Part shown: piece by piece, positions 19,151 through 29,233 of the stretch
Numbering within the stretch: position 1 is the stretch's first letter
Layout: each line of letters starts with the position of its first letter
NCBI GenBank assembly: GCA_017457305.1
Contig: JAFTHP010000044.1
Coordinates: 53,700-117,699 of the forward strand
Direction: 5' to 3'
Length of the DNA: 64,000 nt
Origin: Clostridia bacterium
Lineage (GTDB): Bacteria > Bacillota > Clostridia > Christensenellales > CAG-314
The notes under the pieces: generated by a model
What the model was told of the DNA's origin: nothing
Database searches by the model: none
Seen by the model: the letters and a program-made list of their open reading frames with translations, nothing else
Made by a program: the position numbers and the translations under genes

Positions 19151-19199
19151 AACAAATTAAATACCCTTTTTCATAACTCCTCCAAACAATGTAGAATTA

Positions 19200-19241
19200 T
19201 GTAACATATTGTTACATTTTTATTGTAACATTTTGTTACAA
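19200..19241. promoter_or_regulatory. Two tandem palindromic operator candidates in the divergent promoter region
   Basis: TGTAACA-tat-TGTTACA (19200-19216) and TTGTAACA-ttt-TGTTACAA (19223-19241). Confidence 0.6.
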
Positions 19242-19280
19242 TATTGTCAATACTAAAAAAGAATAATGTGAGAAAGAAAA

Positions 19281-19484
19281 TTGAAAGGGTTAGTAGAAAT
19301 AAGAAAAAAGAAAGGATATAGTCAACTAAAAGTAGCACTCGACCTGTCAATTAGCAGAGAAGCTCTTTCGTACTATGAAAATGATAAACGTAGCCCTGAT
19401 ATTGAAATGCTAAATAAAATGTCAGATTACTTTAACGTGTCCATTGATTATCTAATCAACGGAAAAGAATTTACTAAAAAATAA
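19281..19484 (+). CDS. XRE-family helix-turn-helix transcriptional regulator
   Basis: 67 aa, TTG start. IRKKKGYSQLKVALDLSISREALSYYENDKRSPDIEMLNKMSDYFNVSIDYLING is a canonical Cro/C1 HTH. Confidence 0.85.
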   Translation: MKGLVEIRKKKGYSQLKVALDLSISREALSYYENDKRSPDIEMLNKMSDYFNVSIDYLINGKEFTKK

Positions 19485-19485
19485 T

Positions 19486-19521
19486 AGGTCCCTTGGGTAA
19501 CTCCCAAAGGACCTGTTTTTT
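19486..19521 (+). repeat. 36-nt terminator hairpin, copy 2 (after the XRE gene)
   Basis: Identical to 18272-18307. Confidence 0.9.
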
Positions 19522-19724
19522 TAATCAATGATATATTTTTTATCAAGTGTGTTTACTTAGTGACTAAGAAAATTTATCAACCAATTCATTACAAAATGAT
19601 GTATGTGCAATTTGTAGCAATCTTGACTAATTTACTTTAGCAAAGCAACGATTTGTAGCTCGCTGAATAACACAGCATTTGCACATATGCACAAACAAGC
19701 ATATTTAATGCATTAGGTTGTATG

Positions 19725-20327
19725 TTATTGTTCGTCTACTGGTACATAAAATGTTTGCTTTGGACCAGTATCGCGCATGAGTGTTTTGGGATTTTTGTAC
19801 TTGAACAGGTACAGTATTGTGCCATACAGGTCGCCACAGCAACCACCAACGTGCATACCAAGCATATATGCTGCAAGTAGCTTGTCTACTGTTAGTGGAA
19901 GGACAAAAATAAGCACTGTGAATACTGGAAGAAAAACGACAAATGGGGCAATCATACTGATAATAGATGCCTTTCGGTACACGTAGATATTGGGTACACC
20001 GCAGTAGGCAACTGTTAGGGTAAGACCAAACGTCAGCTTTTGCTTGGTTAGCAATTTGTAGGCAACACCGTGTGTCAATTCGTGCAAAACAATGTACCCA
20101 ACCATTGTTACCAAAAATACAAGCATATGCCAAATAAAGCCATCAGTTGAAACGTCTTTGCCTAGCTGTTCCCAAGTGGGTTTGATAATAAAGCAAGCAA
20201 CAGTAACAATAGCCGCTGTTATCAAAAAGGACACAAGTGTCATTACAAGGCCTACCTTACTATCCTTGGCGTCAATAACTTTTGCTTCCTTATATCCTTG
20301 TGGAAGTTCCAATTCGTAGTGTTTCAT
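19725..20327 (-). CDS. DUF3267-like membrane protein with HExxH (putative zincin peptidase)
   Basis: MKHYELELPQGYKE..., several TM helices, HELTHG motif. Start at ATG 20327 with an AAAGGAGA SD. Confidence 0.6.
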   Translation of the reverse strand: MKHYELELPQGYKEAKVIDAKDSKVGLVMTLVSFLITAAIVTVACFIIKPTWEQLGKDVSTDGFIWHMLVFLVTMVGYIVLHELTHGVAYKLLTKQKLTFGLTLTVAYCGVPNIYVYRKASIISMIAPFVVFLPVFTVLIFVLPLTVDKLLAAYMLGMHVGGCCGDLYGTILYLFKYKNPKTLMRDTGPKQTFYVPVDEQ

Positions 20328-20513
20328 AATATCTCCTTTTTTGTTTAAAACATCACTTTCAACAACGCTCTTAAATTCTATAAAATTGTTGTATATGCAA
20401 CCATAGTAGCACAAGCCCCAAACTGTCATTTCGACCGAAGTGGAGAAATCTAGGCAACCAGCGCATATTTGCGTTAATTGCCATTAGGAACAATTCTGTC
20501 GTCAACTAGATTG

Positions 20514-21137
20514 CTACTCTTGTGACAAAAATTCATCGGCGGATACTCCACCAACAAACATTTCCGTTTTTACAATTGTGTAGTCGCCTTGAAGTGCGTT
20601 TACGTTCATCAAGTGGCAAACAACTCTATCTGGTCTAAGGTTTTCGTTGCCCACCTTTAAAACAAGTTCTGCGTGGTCATCGTCTATCCTTGTTGCAGAA
20701 AGTATTTTGCTTGCAACCTCCTTAGTTACGCTTTGTCCTTTTTCGGTGTATGTAATGCTGTAGTTATCGGCAAGTATTTGTTCTACAACGTTGCCAATAC
20801 CTGTCGCTGTAACGATATACTTTGCGCTATCCAATTTTGCAGCAAGATTGATATCCTTGACAAACACCTTGGTAAACTTGATGCCTTGTTGGCTGAAAGA
20901 GTTGAGTCTTTCCAAGATATTTGGTTCCAGTTCCGCCTTGGCAGAAACGTACTCGGCAACACTTTCCGTTCCAAGAGCTATTGGGGCGGAAAAGCCCAGT
21001 TCCATGTGGGGATTGAAGCCTTGGCTATAGGCAACCTTTACCCCTGCGCGACGAAAGATATAAATAACTGCGCGCAATGTATCCACGTGCGCAACAAGTG
21101 CCGATGTGGATGTTTTTTCAAATTTTAGTACAATCAT
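20514..21137 (-). CDS. Radical-SAM-associated protein (DUF2344/TIGR03936 type)
   Basis: HVDTLRAVIYIFRRAGVKVAYSQGFNPHMELGFSAPIALGTES. Lies downstream of the B12-binding radical SAM gene, its usual partner. Start uncertain (21137, 21149 or 21161). Confidence 0.7.
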   Translation of the reverse strand: MIVLKFEKTSTSALVAHVDTLRAVIYIFRRAGVKVAYSQGFNPHMELGFSAPIALGTESVAEYVSAKAELEPNILERLNSFSQQGIKFTKVFVKDINLAAKLDSAKYIVTATGIGNVVEQILADNYSITYTEKGQSVTKEVASKILSATRIDDDHAELVLKVGNENLRPDRVVCHLMNVNALQGDYTIVKTEMFVGGVSADEFLSQE

Positions 21138-21248
21138 ATTTTTATCCATTGGCCACAGCACAATTTCGTACTTGTGGCTTTACTTATGCAATAATTTGTT
21201 TTTATAACCGCACAGCTTGTGGTACAACAACTGTCAGCGGTAACGATA

Positions 21249-23048
21249 TTACAATGGGCGGTTACCTTCCGAAAGGGTGCAATATCCGTGCTTTTTAAGT
21301 CCACAGCCATTGCATTGCTTGTTGCAACTTGGTGTGGTTACCTGTTGCATTGCCTTGTTGTATTCGCTTTGAAGGTATTTTTTGGTTACACCAATATCCA
21401 CAAAGTCCCACTCTAGTGTAGCATCGATATCCCTTGGACCAACAATGGATTGGATATCCACACCATTTTTGTCAAAGGCTTGCTTGTATGTTTCCCAACG
21501 GAAGTGTTCGCTCCAAGCGTCAAAGGTAGCGCCGGCTTTGTAAGCGTCGTACAAGCTATCGGCAATACCCCTACCACCACGAGCAAGGATAGCTTCCATC
21601 AAGGAAGTGTCGTAGTCGTTGTAGGAGAAGTTGATACCCTTTTTACGTAGATTTTCCTGCAAGAACTTGATTTTTTGTGTGATATTTTCCTTGCTATCAA
21701 ATGCGCACCATTGGAAAGGTGTAAAAGGCTTGGGGATAAATGTTGAGCAGGATACCCCCAACTTGAAGTTTTTTCCCGAACCCGTAACGTACTTGTACAA
21801 AGACTTGATCTTGCACGCAAGGTTGTAGATGCCCTCGATATCTTCCATTGTTTCGGTGGGCAAACCCATCATAAAATACAGCTTTACAGAAGAATAACCT
21901 TGGCTAAAAGCTTCCTTCAAAGTGGAAATGATGTTTTCTTCGGTAATATTCTTGTTAATTACGTCACGCAAACGTTGAGTGCCAGCCTCTGGAGCAAAGG
22001 TAAGGGAGCTTTTTCTGTTACCTTGTGCCATTTGTCCCTTGAAGCTATCCAAACGCAAGCTTGGCAAGTTTAGTTGAACGTTGCGTTCCTTTGCGTAAGG
22101 AAGAAGTCTATCTAGCAGTGGCATAAGACCGCTGTAATCGCTTGTAGAAAGGCTGTTTAGGCTAAGCTCATCGTAGCCCGTTGCATCCAACAATGCGGTG
22201 CACAGCTCAAATGCGTTATCTACACTGCGTTCTCTAACAGGTCGATAAATAAACCCAGCCTGACAAAAACGACAGCCATTTGCACAACCACGGAACAGCT
22301 CCGCAACGGCACGATTGTGCACAATTTCAATACTGGGCACAAGTTGAGTTTTTGGCGTGAAAGTTGTGTTTAAATCCGCTTCGATATTGCGCCAAACGGT
22401 CTTGCTTGGCAAGCTTTCAACAAGTTGTCCGTTGTATGTTGCAGGGTGCAAACTGGGAACGTAAATACAGCTGTATTTTTCATCCACAAAGCGCAAAAAC
22501 TCTTGTTTGGTCATCTTGCCCTTGTTTACTTGGTAATCTTGTACAATCTGCTTCCAAGGTGTTTCCCCTTCGCCAACAAAAAAGAAATCGAAGTACTTGT
22601 ACATTGGCTCGGGGTTAACTGTGCAAGGACCACCACCAACGATAAAGGGGAATTCCTCGCCACGTTCCTCTGTAAGCACAGGGATACCAGCTAGTTCCAA
22701 CATCAAGAACACGTTGGAGTAGCACATTTCAAACTGCAAGGAAAAACCAACAAAGTCAAAGTCTTTGAGTGGCGTTTGCGTTTCTATGCTGGCAAGCAAC
22801 TGATTGTTTTCTTTTAGATATTCTTGGTAGTCGGCAAAGGGTGCAAAGCAACGTTCGCAAACCACGTTGTTCATACTGTTGAATAAATAATACAAAATGC
22901 GCACGCCCAGGTTAGACATGCCCACTTCGTAGCTATCGGGCACACACATACAAAACTTTGTGTTGTGTGGCTTGTGTATATTTGGTGTGTTGAACTCTCC
23001 GCCAAAGTAGCGATAAGGTTTTTGCACACGTTCGGTAAGTTTAGTCAA
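21249..23048 (-). CDS. B12-binding-domain radical SAM protein (TIGR03960 type)
   Basis: 599 aa. N-terminus KPYRYFGGEFN...PDSYEVGMSNLGVRILY; radical SAM cluster CANGCRFCQAG. Confidence 0.8.
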   Translation of the reverse strand: MTKLTERVQKPYRYFGGEFNTPNIHKPHNTKFCMCVPDSYEVGMSNLGVRILYYLFNSMNNVVCERCFAPFADYQEYLKENNQLLASIETQTPLKDFDFVGFSLQFEMCYSNVFLMLELAGIPVLTEERGEEFPFIVGGGPCTVNPEPMYKYFDFFFVGEGETPWKQIVQDYQVNKGKMTKQEFLRFVDEKYSCIYVPSLHPATYNGQLVESLPSKTVWRNIEADLNTTFTPKTQLVPSIEIVHNRAVAELFRGCANGCRFCQAGFIYRPVRERSVDNAFELCTALLDATGYDELSLNSLSTSDYSGLMPLLDRLLPYAKERNVQLNLPSLRLDSFKGQMAQGNRKSSLTFAPEAGTQRLRDVINKNITEENIISTLKEAFSQGYSSVKLYFMMGLPTETMEDIEGIYNLACKIKSLYKYVTGSGKNFKLGVSCSTFIPKPFTPFQWCAFDSKENITQKIKFLQENLRKKGINFSYNDYDTSLMEAILARGGRGIADSLYDAYKAGATFDAWSEHFRWETYKQAFDKNGVDIQSIVGPRDIDATLEWDFVDIGVTKKYLQSEYNKAMQQVTTPSCNKQCNGCGLKKHGYCTLSEGNRPL

Positions 23049-23068
23049 AGTAATCTCCTTAAAAGGCG

Positions 23069-24319
23069 TTAGTTGAGTACCATTGTGGCCATAAGTGTAC
23101 CAACAAGGTTAAGTTCTTCCCCTTGGATAATCTCGTAGGAAATGCCCCTTTCGCCCAAAATTTGTGTAAGGTATTTTTCAAAATTGCTTCTAAAACCAAC
23201 AAGCTTGTTGAAGGTTGTACCTTCGGCAACAATAGCTGCTGGCAAAGCTTTGTCCGTGCAGGAAGCTACCACTGCTCCGCTGTTGATGATTGCACCAATC
23301 TTTGCCGCGCGGTCAATTAGGTCAACGCAAATATCCATTGCAAATTGTTTGTCGGCCTGGTTAGTGAACAAATCGTTTAGTACGCCCTTGCCTACAACAA
23401 AGTCGGATACGTCACGTGTTACAAATGGAGCAATTTCCACGTTTTCTACAAACAAACCTTCCCTTTGTGCTTGAACAAACGCTTGGTAAATTACGTCCGA
23501 CAAGTACTTGCCACTGGACATCTTTTCCAACAATCCACCATTTGGATTGGCTGTGGCGTTGGCAACAATCTTGTCAAAATCACCTTGAGCAAAACCATTG
23601 TAGTTGCCACTTTCGGTGTTGATAAGCATCTTGCCTTGTGGAAGGTTAGCTACCTTTGCAATATTGGCTGTATCTTCGATATAGCACAGGTTTGTGCCCG
23701 TTCCGTAGATGTAGCCTACGTACGCGCTGTACTGCTTTTTGCTAGATGCCATGCCACCTAGAAGGGTTGCAACGGTGTCATTTAAAATAACTATGCCACG
23801 GTTTTTGTCACTGTGCGCTTTCAATGCAAGCAACGTTTCCTTGCCTACACGTGTGCCCACAACTTGTGGAGCCTTTACTTCCTTGCTGAAGTTTACAACA
23901 ACACCATCTACGTCGCGATCCATATCCACTTGGTAGCTAAAGCAAAAACCTACGTTATCCCCTTCTTCTGCCAGATAATCAATGTTGCTAGCAATTTGAG
24001 CATAGAACTCTTCCTTGGTTAGGTAGCGGTCGGAAGCTGGCATTATTGTTTTTTGCAGTTTTTCTAGTACTACGTTACCTTCTTCGTCAAAGTACCCCAG
24101 GGCACTACGGAAGTTTGTTCCGCCAGCGTCAATCAAAATGCGCTTGCCCCCCTTGATTTTGCTACGGTCAATATCCGTTAAATAGGTTGGAATCATTGGG
24201 ATAGAGCCTTGACCACTCAATCCCATCTTCATTTGTTGAAGATAATCGTTGAGCATTGCATTGCAATCAATATTGTGTGTGCTTTGATTGTGCGCCATCA
24301 AAAATTGTTTTGCTGTCAT
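23069..24319 (-). CDS. Hexokinase-family sugar kinase
   Basis: LIDAGGTNFR, GFCFSYQV and ILNDTVATLLGG correspond to hexokinase phosphate-1/sugar/phosphate-2 motifs. Confidence 0.7.
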   Translation of the reverse strand: MTAKQFLMAHNQSTHNIDCNAMLNDYLQQMKMGLSGQGSIPMIPTYLTDIDRSKIKGGKRILIDAGGTNFRSALGYFDEEGNVVLEKLQKTIMPASDRYLTKEEFYAQIASNIDYLAEEGDNVGFCFSYQVDMDRDVDGVVVNFSKEVKAPQVVGTRVGKETLLALKAHSDKNRGIVILNDTVATLLGGMASSKKQYSAYVGYIYGTGTNLCYIEDTANIAKVANLPQGKMLINTESGNYNGFAQGDFDKIVANATANPNGGLLEKMSSGKYLSDVIYQAFVQAQREGLFVENVEIAPFVTRDVSDFVVGKGVLNDLFTNQADKQFAMDICVDLIDRAAKIGAIINSGAVVASCTDKALPAAIVAEGTTFNKLVGFRSNFEKYLTQILGERGISYEIIQGEELNLVGTLMATMVLN

Positions 24320-25263
24320 ACCTTGTCCCCCATTAGAAGTTGTTGTATTGTTGTAGTATTAAGTATATTTTGTTGTTGCAACTCGGCAACACGATTTTCC
24401 CTCATTTTGTCTTGGTCGGTTTGTTCTGTTCCAAATACATACACGTTGCACTTGGCAAGTTTTGCGGTGTATCTGCCACCGTTTGCCACGATGTGCTCCA
24501 CCACTTGATACAGCAATGGACTATCCGATAGCTCCAACGAACGAGCCAAGCAAAAGACCTTGCCCTTGTACAAATTGCTTTGTTTTTGCACAGTTTGTGC
24601 GTAGTTTTTTATCTTTTCCACCAAGATTTGAGTTTGTTGGCGCTTGCTAACTTGACCATCCAAACTTGCCGGGCGAATAAGTTCAAAGTTGTTGTTACTG
24701 CCTGCACGATAGTGATACTTTTGCATAAGCTGTTGCAATGACATACCACTTTTTTTCACCAAGTATTTTAGTGTCAACAGCGAAACAAGTGCATCTTCTT
24801 CGGAATTGTGCTGTTCAAATTCCACACCCATTTCCGCAGCAATTTTGTTTAGTGCCTTTACTTCCTTTTCGCCAAAATACAGCTTGTACAGCAGTTGTGA
24901 GCAGATAAAGGAGAAGTCTATGCTAGGCAGGCCATAGCGCTCGCAAGCGGCATTGAGCATACGAACGTCGGCATCTACTGCATGCCCCACCACAACGTAC
25001 TGCTTGTCGGTAAACAGCGCCTTGAAGGTGTCATACATTTGGGAAAAATCCAGCGAGTTATCCAGCAGTTGCTTATCTAAATGCAAGTCTATACCAACGT
25101 TTCGACGTGTACCATTTAGGTTATACTTGGTTTTGGGATTTATCCAATAGTTTGTACGTGATAAAATATTAAATTGTTCGTCGGCAATTACCACCCCAAT
25201 ACTGCAAATACTGGAAGGCTTGTAACCATTTGCCGCTTCAATATCGAAAGCCAAATATTTCAT
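24316..25263 (-). CDS. DEDD-type 3'-5' exonuclease with a C-terminal BRCT-like domain
   Basis: Exo I AFDIEAA; HAVDADVRML. The C-terminus GKVFCLARSL...IVANGGRYTAKLAKCNVYVFG is BRCT-like. Its stop overlaps the hexokinase start (ATGA). Start uncertain (25263 or 25284). Confidence 0.65.
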   Translation of the reverse strand: MKYLAFDIEAANGYKPSSICSIGVVIADEQFNILSRTNYWINPKTKYNLNGTRRNVGIDLHLDKQLLDNSLDFSQMYDTFKALFTDKQYVVVGHAVDADVRMLNAACERYGLPSIDFSFICSQLLYKLYFGEKEVKALNKIAAEMGVEFEQHNSEEDALVSLLTLKYLVKKSGMSLQQLMQKYHYRAGSNNNFELIRPASLDGQVSKRQQTQILVEKIKNYAQTVQKQSNLYKGKVFCLARSLELSDSPLLYQVVEHIVANGGRYTAKLAKCNVYVFGTEQTDQDKMRENRVAELQQQNILNTTTIQQLLMGDKV

Positions 25264-25339
25264 TACTATACCATTTTTCTCCATTATATATTGTATCAAA
25301 AACAGCCACCAAATGCAATAGATTGTGGTAAAATGCAAC

Positions 25340-25370
25340 AAAAAAAGAGCAGAACTAAGGTGCTCTGCAA
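25340..25370 (-). terminator. Terminator at the left border of the element (downstream of the serine recombinase)
   Basis: Minus strand reads CAGAGCAccttagttcTGCTCTTTTTTT. Confidence 0.6.
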
Positions 25371-25429
25371 TAAGGGTTGCCTTGGCTCAAAAGAAATGCG
25401 TAGTCGCAATTACTGTGGCTACGCTTTTT

Positions 25430-27266
<1,837 letters not shown>

Positions 27267-27325
27267 ATACGTACCTCCGTTTTTTTGGTATCATATATAT
27301 CACTCTAAACGGAAATAATATCAAG

Positions 27326-27499
27326 TCATTTTGCGCGGTATTTTGTGTCTATTTTGATACTTTTTGCGTTTGTAAGAATAAGGTCTTTTATCTTGTCTTT
27401 TATGACCTTTTTTGCGTTTTCATCGGTGGCGATTGACTCAACGATATAGAGAGTCCCACCGATTTCTTTATATGTAATTACTGTATTCTGACTATCCAT
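27326..27499 (-). CDS. TnpW-like small transposon protein (57 aa)
   Basis: Below the ORF-track cutoff. MDSQNTVITYKEIGGTLYIVESIATDENAKKVIKDKIKDLILTNAKSIKIDTKYRAK resembles, from memory, the short TnpW proteins of Tn4451-like elements. AAGAGG SD. Confidence 0.5.
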   Translation of the reverse strand: MDSQNTVITYKEIGGTLYIVESIATDENAKKVIKDKIKDLILTNAKSIKIDTKYRAK

Positions 27500-27743
27500 A
27501 TCGAACCTCTTTACCCCTTAAAGGGGAGCGGTTAAACTCCCCAGAAAGGGCTGAAATTTGCCTTGTGTTGCCTTTTGTTTTTATGCTTGACTAGTAATCC
27601 CACTCGCCCGATGTCTTTCAAAACTTTGCATCTGCGCCCCGGTGGGGGTATCTAAATCTCTACAGGATTATTATTTAACAGCGGGCGTGGGGTGTCACGC
27701 ACAAAAAGCGGAATTCAAAAGGGTAATTACCCCCTATTAAAAA

Positions 27744-28682
27744 TTAGCCGATTTTAAGCACTTTCACTGCATCCGGGCGGATAAGCTTGCCGTCCAAATG
27801 TTCGACGCCAACATATCCACGGTACGAAGAGTTTATGTACTTTTCATACAGACGGCGTATAGCAAAAGGTGTGCGCTCCGTAATCCAATAGAAACTAAAA
27901 TCGCCAAATGCAATAGGCTTTGCGCCGCTTTTAATGTCGGGCATTGCATTGCAAATGATAACCTTTTTGCCTAATAGCTTGTCCGATGATGGATGCCACA
28001 GGTAATTTCCGTTAGAATCCTTCAAGGTACGAAGCGTAAATGCCGTTGTATCGTTCATAACCCATACGGCTTTATCTCTCAATTTAGGCTCTACCGAATG
28101 GAATAACTCAATAACCTCATCAAAGGTTATGTTGCTTGAATTGCTTGTTTTACCGATTTCGGCTCCGCCATTATCTGCAAGAATACCTACAGGCTGATTT
28201 ACACCGTTGCCGTTAACAAATGCATTTACCTCGGCTTTTCCAAAACGCTGCGCATACTTTTTAAGAAGCCAACTTTCAAAGTCAAAACCGTGGTCGGCTA
28301 AAAGGTCAATGTGAATTTTAGCGATAGAGGTTAACTTGTGACTACCAAACTTGTAATTGCCGAGAATTTCCTCGTCTTCAGGAATTTTAGCGTTTTCTTC
28401 TACCCACGCGGGTTCAGCATCGGTAGCAAGCATATGCACGGCATAATCGCTTTCATACATAGGAATAACCGTACCGAGAGAACGGAAGAAATTTTCCTTC
28501 TTTAATTCTTCGGTATAGCTATTTGCCTGAGCGGCAGGAAGAATGTGTGCGCTACTATCATTGAGTTTTACATTTTCTTCTTGCGTATTAAAGTTCTGAT
28601 GCTTACGAAGAGCATTCCAAAACTCCTTTTCATAAGCACTGTTGATAGGGTTAATAAATCTTCGATTTGTGTTGTTCATCAT
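27744..28682 (-). CDS. HK97-fold major-capsid-like protein, short form without an evident delta/scaffold domain
   Basis: 312 aa. ...LPAAQANSYTEELKKENFFRSLGTVIPM...GVNQPVGIL...AVWVMNDTTAFTLRTLKDSNGNYLW...FGDFSFYWITER fits the HK97-family MCP (TIGR01554-like) pattern. Confidence 0.75.
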   Translation of the reverse strand: MMNNTNRRFINPINSAYEKEFWNALRKHQNFNTQEENVKLNDSSAHILPAAQANSYTEELKKENFFRSLGTVIPMYESDYAVHMLATDAEPAWVEENAKIPEDEEILGNYKFGSHKLTSIAKIHIDLLADHGFDFESWLLKKYAQRFGKAEVNAFVNGNGVNQPVGILADNGGAEIGKTSNSSNITFDEVIELFHSVEPKLRDKAVWVMNDTTAFTLRTLKDSNGNYLWHPSSDKLLGKKVIICNAMPDIKSGAKPIAFGDFSFYWITERTPFAIRRLYEKYINSSYRGYVGVEHLDGKLIRPDAVKVLKIG

Positions 28683-28969
28683 TAATTGTCTCCTTTTCTT
28701 GTGTAATAATCTTTTTTGATGCGTTCTGCATCTTTATCGGTAATGCGTTCGTATGCCACACTGACCTCAAGCATTTTTTCTAAAGAGCCATAATAGTTGT
28801 GATTGTCCATATACTGAACGCAAAAATTACTGTTTGTTCCCATAGTTCTGGGAGCAAGGAATACTACGGCGTGGTCGTTCTTTTGGGGAATGACCTCAAG
28901 AATCTCGAATGCCGTAAAATCAACGTGTGCATCACGAAGATAATAGTTTAATTTTTTATCAAATTTCAT
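28682..28969 (-). CDS. Hypothetical protein, translationally coupled to the capsid-like gene
   Basis: 95 aa with an AAGGAG SD. Its stop overlaps the capsid-like start (TAATG). Confidence 0.5.
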   Translation of the reverse strand: MKFDKKLNYYLRDAHVDFTAFEILEVIPQKNDHAVVFLAPRTMGTNSNFCVQYMDNHNYYGSLEKMLEVSVAYERITDKDAERIKKDYYTRKGDN

Positions 28970-29031
28970 TTCTTAAATCTCCTTTATTTTTATTTGATAA
29001 TTTTTAATTTGAGCAATGCCCGGTACAAACT

Positions 29032-29100
29032 TCAACATCCGCCGGGACCGTTTACTACATAATTGCTGGCACTATCAATAGTAGGACTACGGATATGCAT
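29032..29100 (-). CDS. Candidate 22-aa peptide MHIRSPTIDSASNYVVNGPGGC
   Basis: ATG 29100 is preceded by AGGAGGTG at 7-nt spacing. First ORF of the peptide/95-aa/capsid-like string. No homology support. Confidence 0.3.
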   Translation of the reverse strand: MHIRSPTIDSASNYVVNGPGGC

Positions 29101-29233
29101 CTTTTCTCACCTCCTATATATTTCATCAAAAGTGACGGTAATGATAGTCGTATACATAACTCTTCTTTAGATTAAAAATTTTCGCTTATACATAAGTTAG
29201 TAAAGAGAGTACCACCCACCGTCACTTTGGTGC

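Noticed and set aside
19157-19159. In-frame TAA as evidence of stop-codon reassignment or recoding
   Set aside because: TAA clearly terminates conserved genes in the same window, for example rpsI at 11019-11021 and ricT at 346-348. TAG and TGA are also used as stops, so this is the standard code 11.
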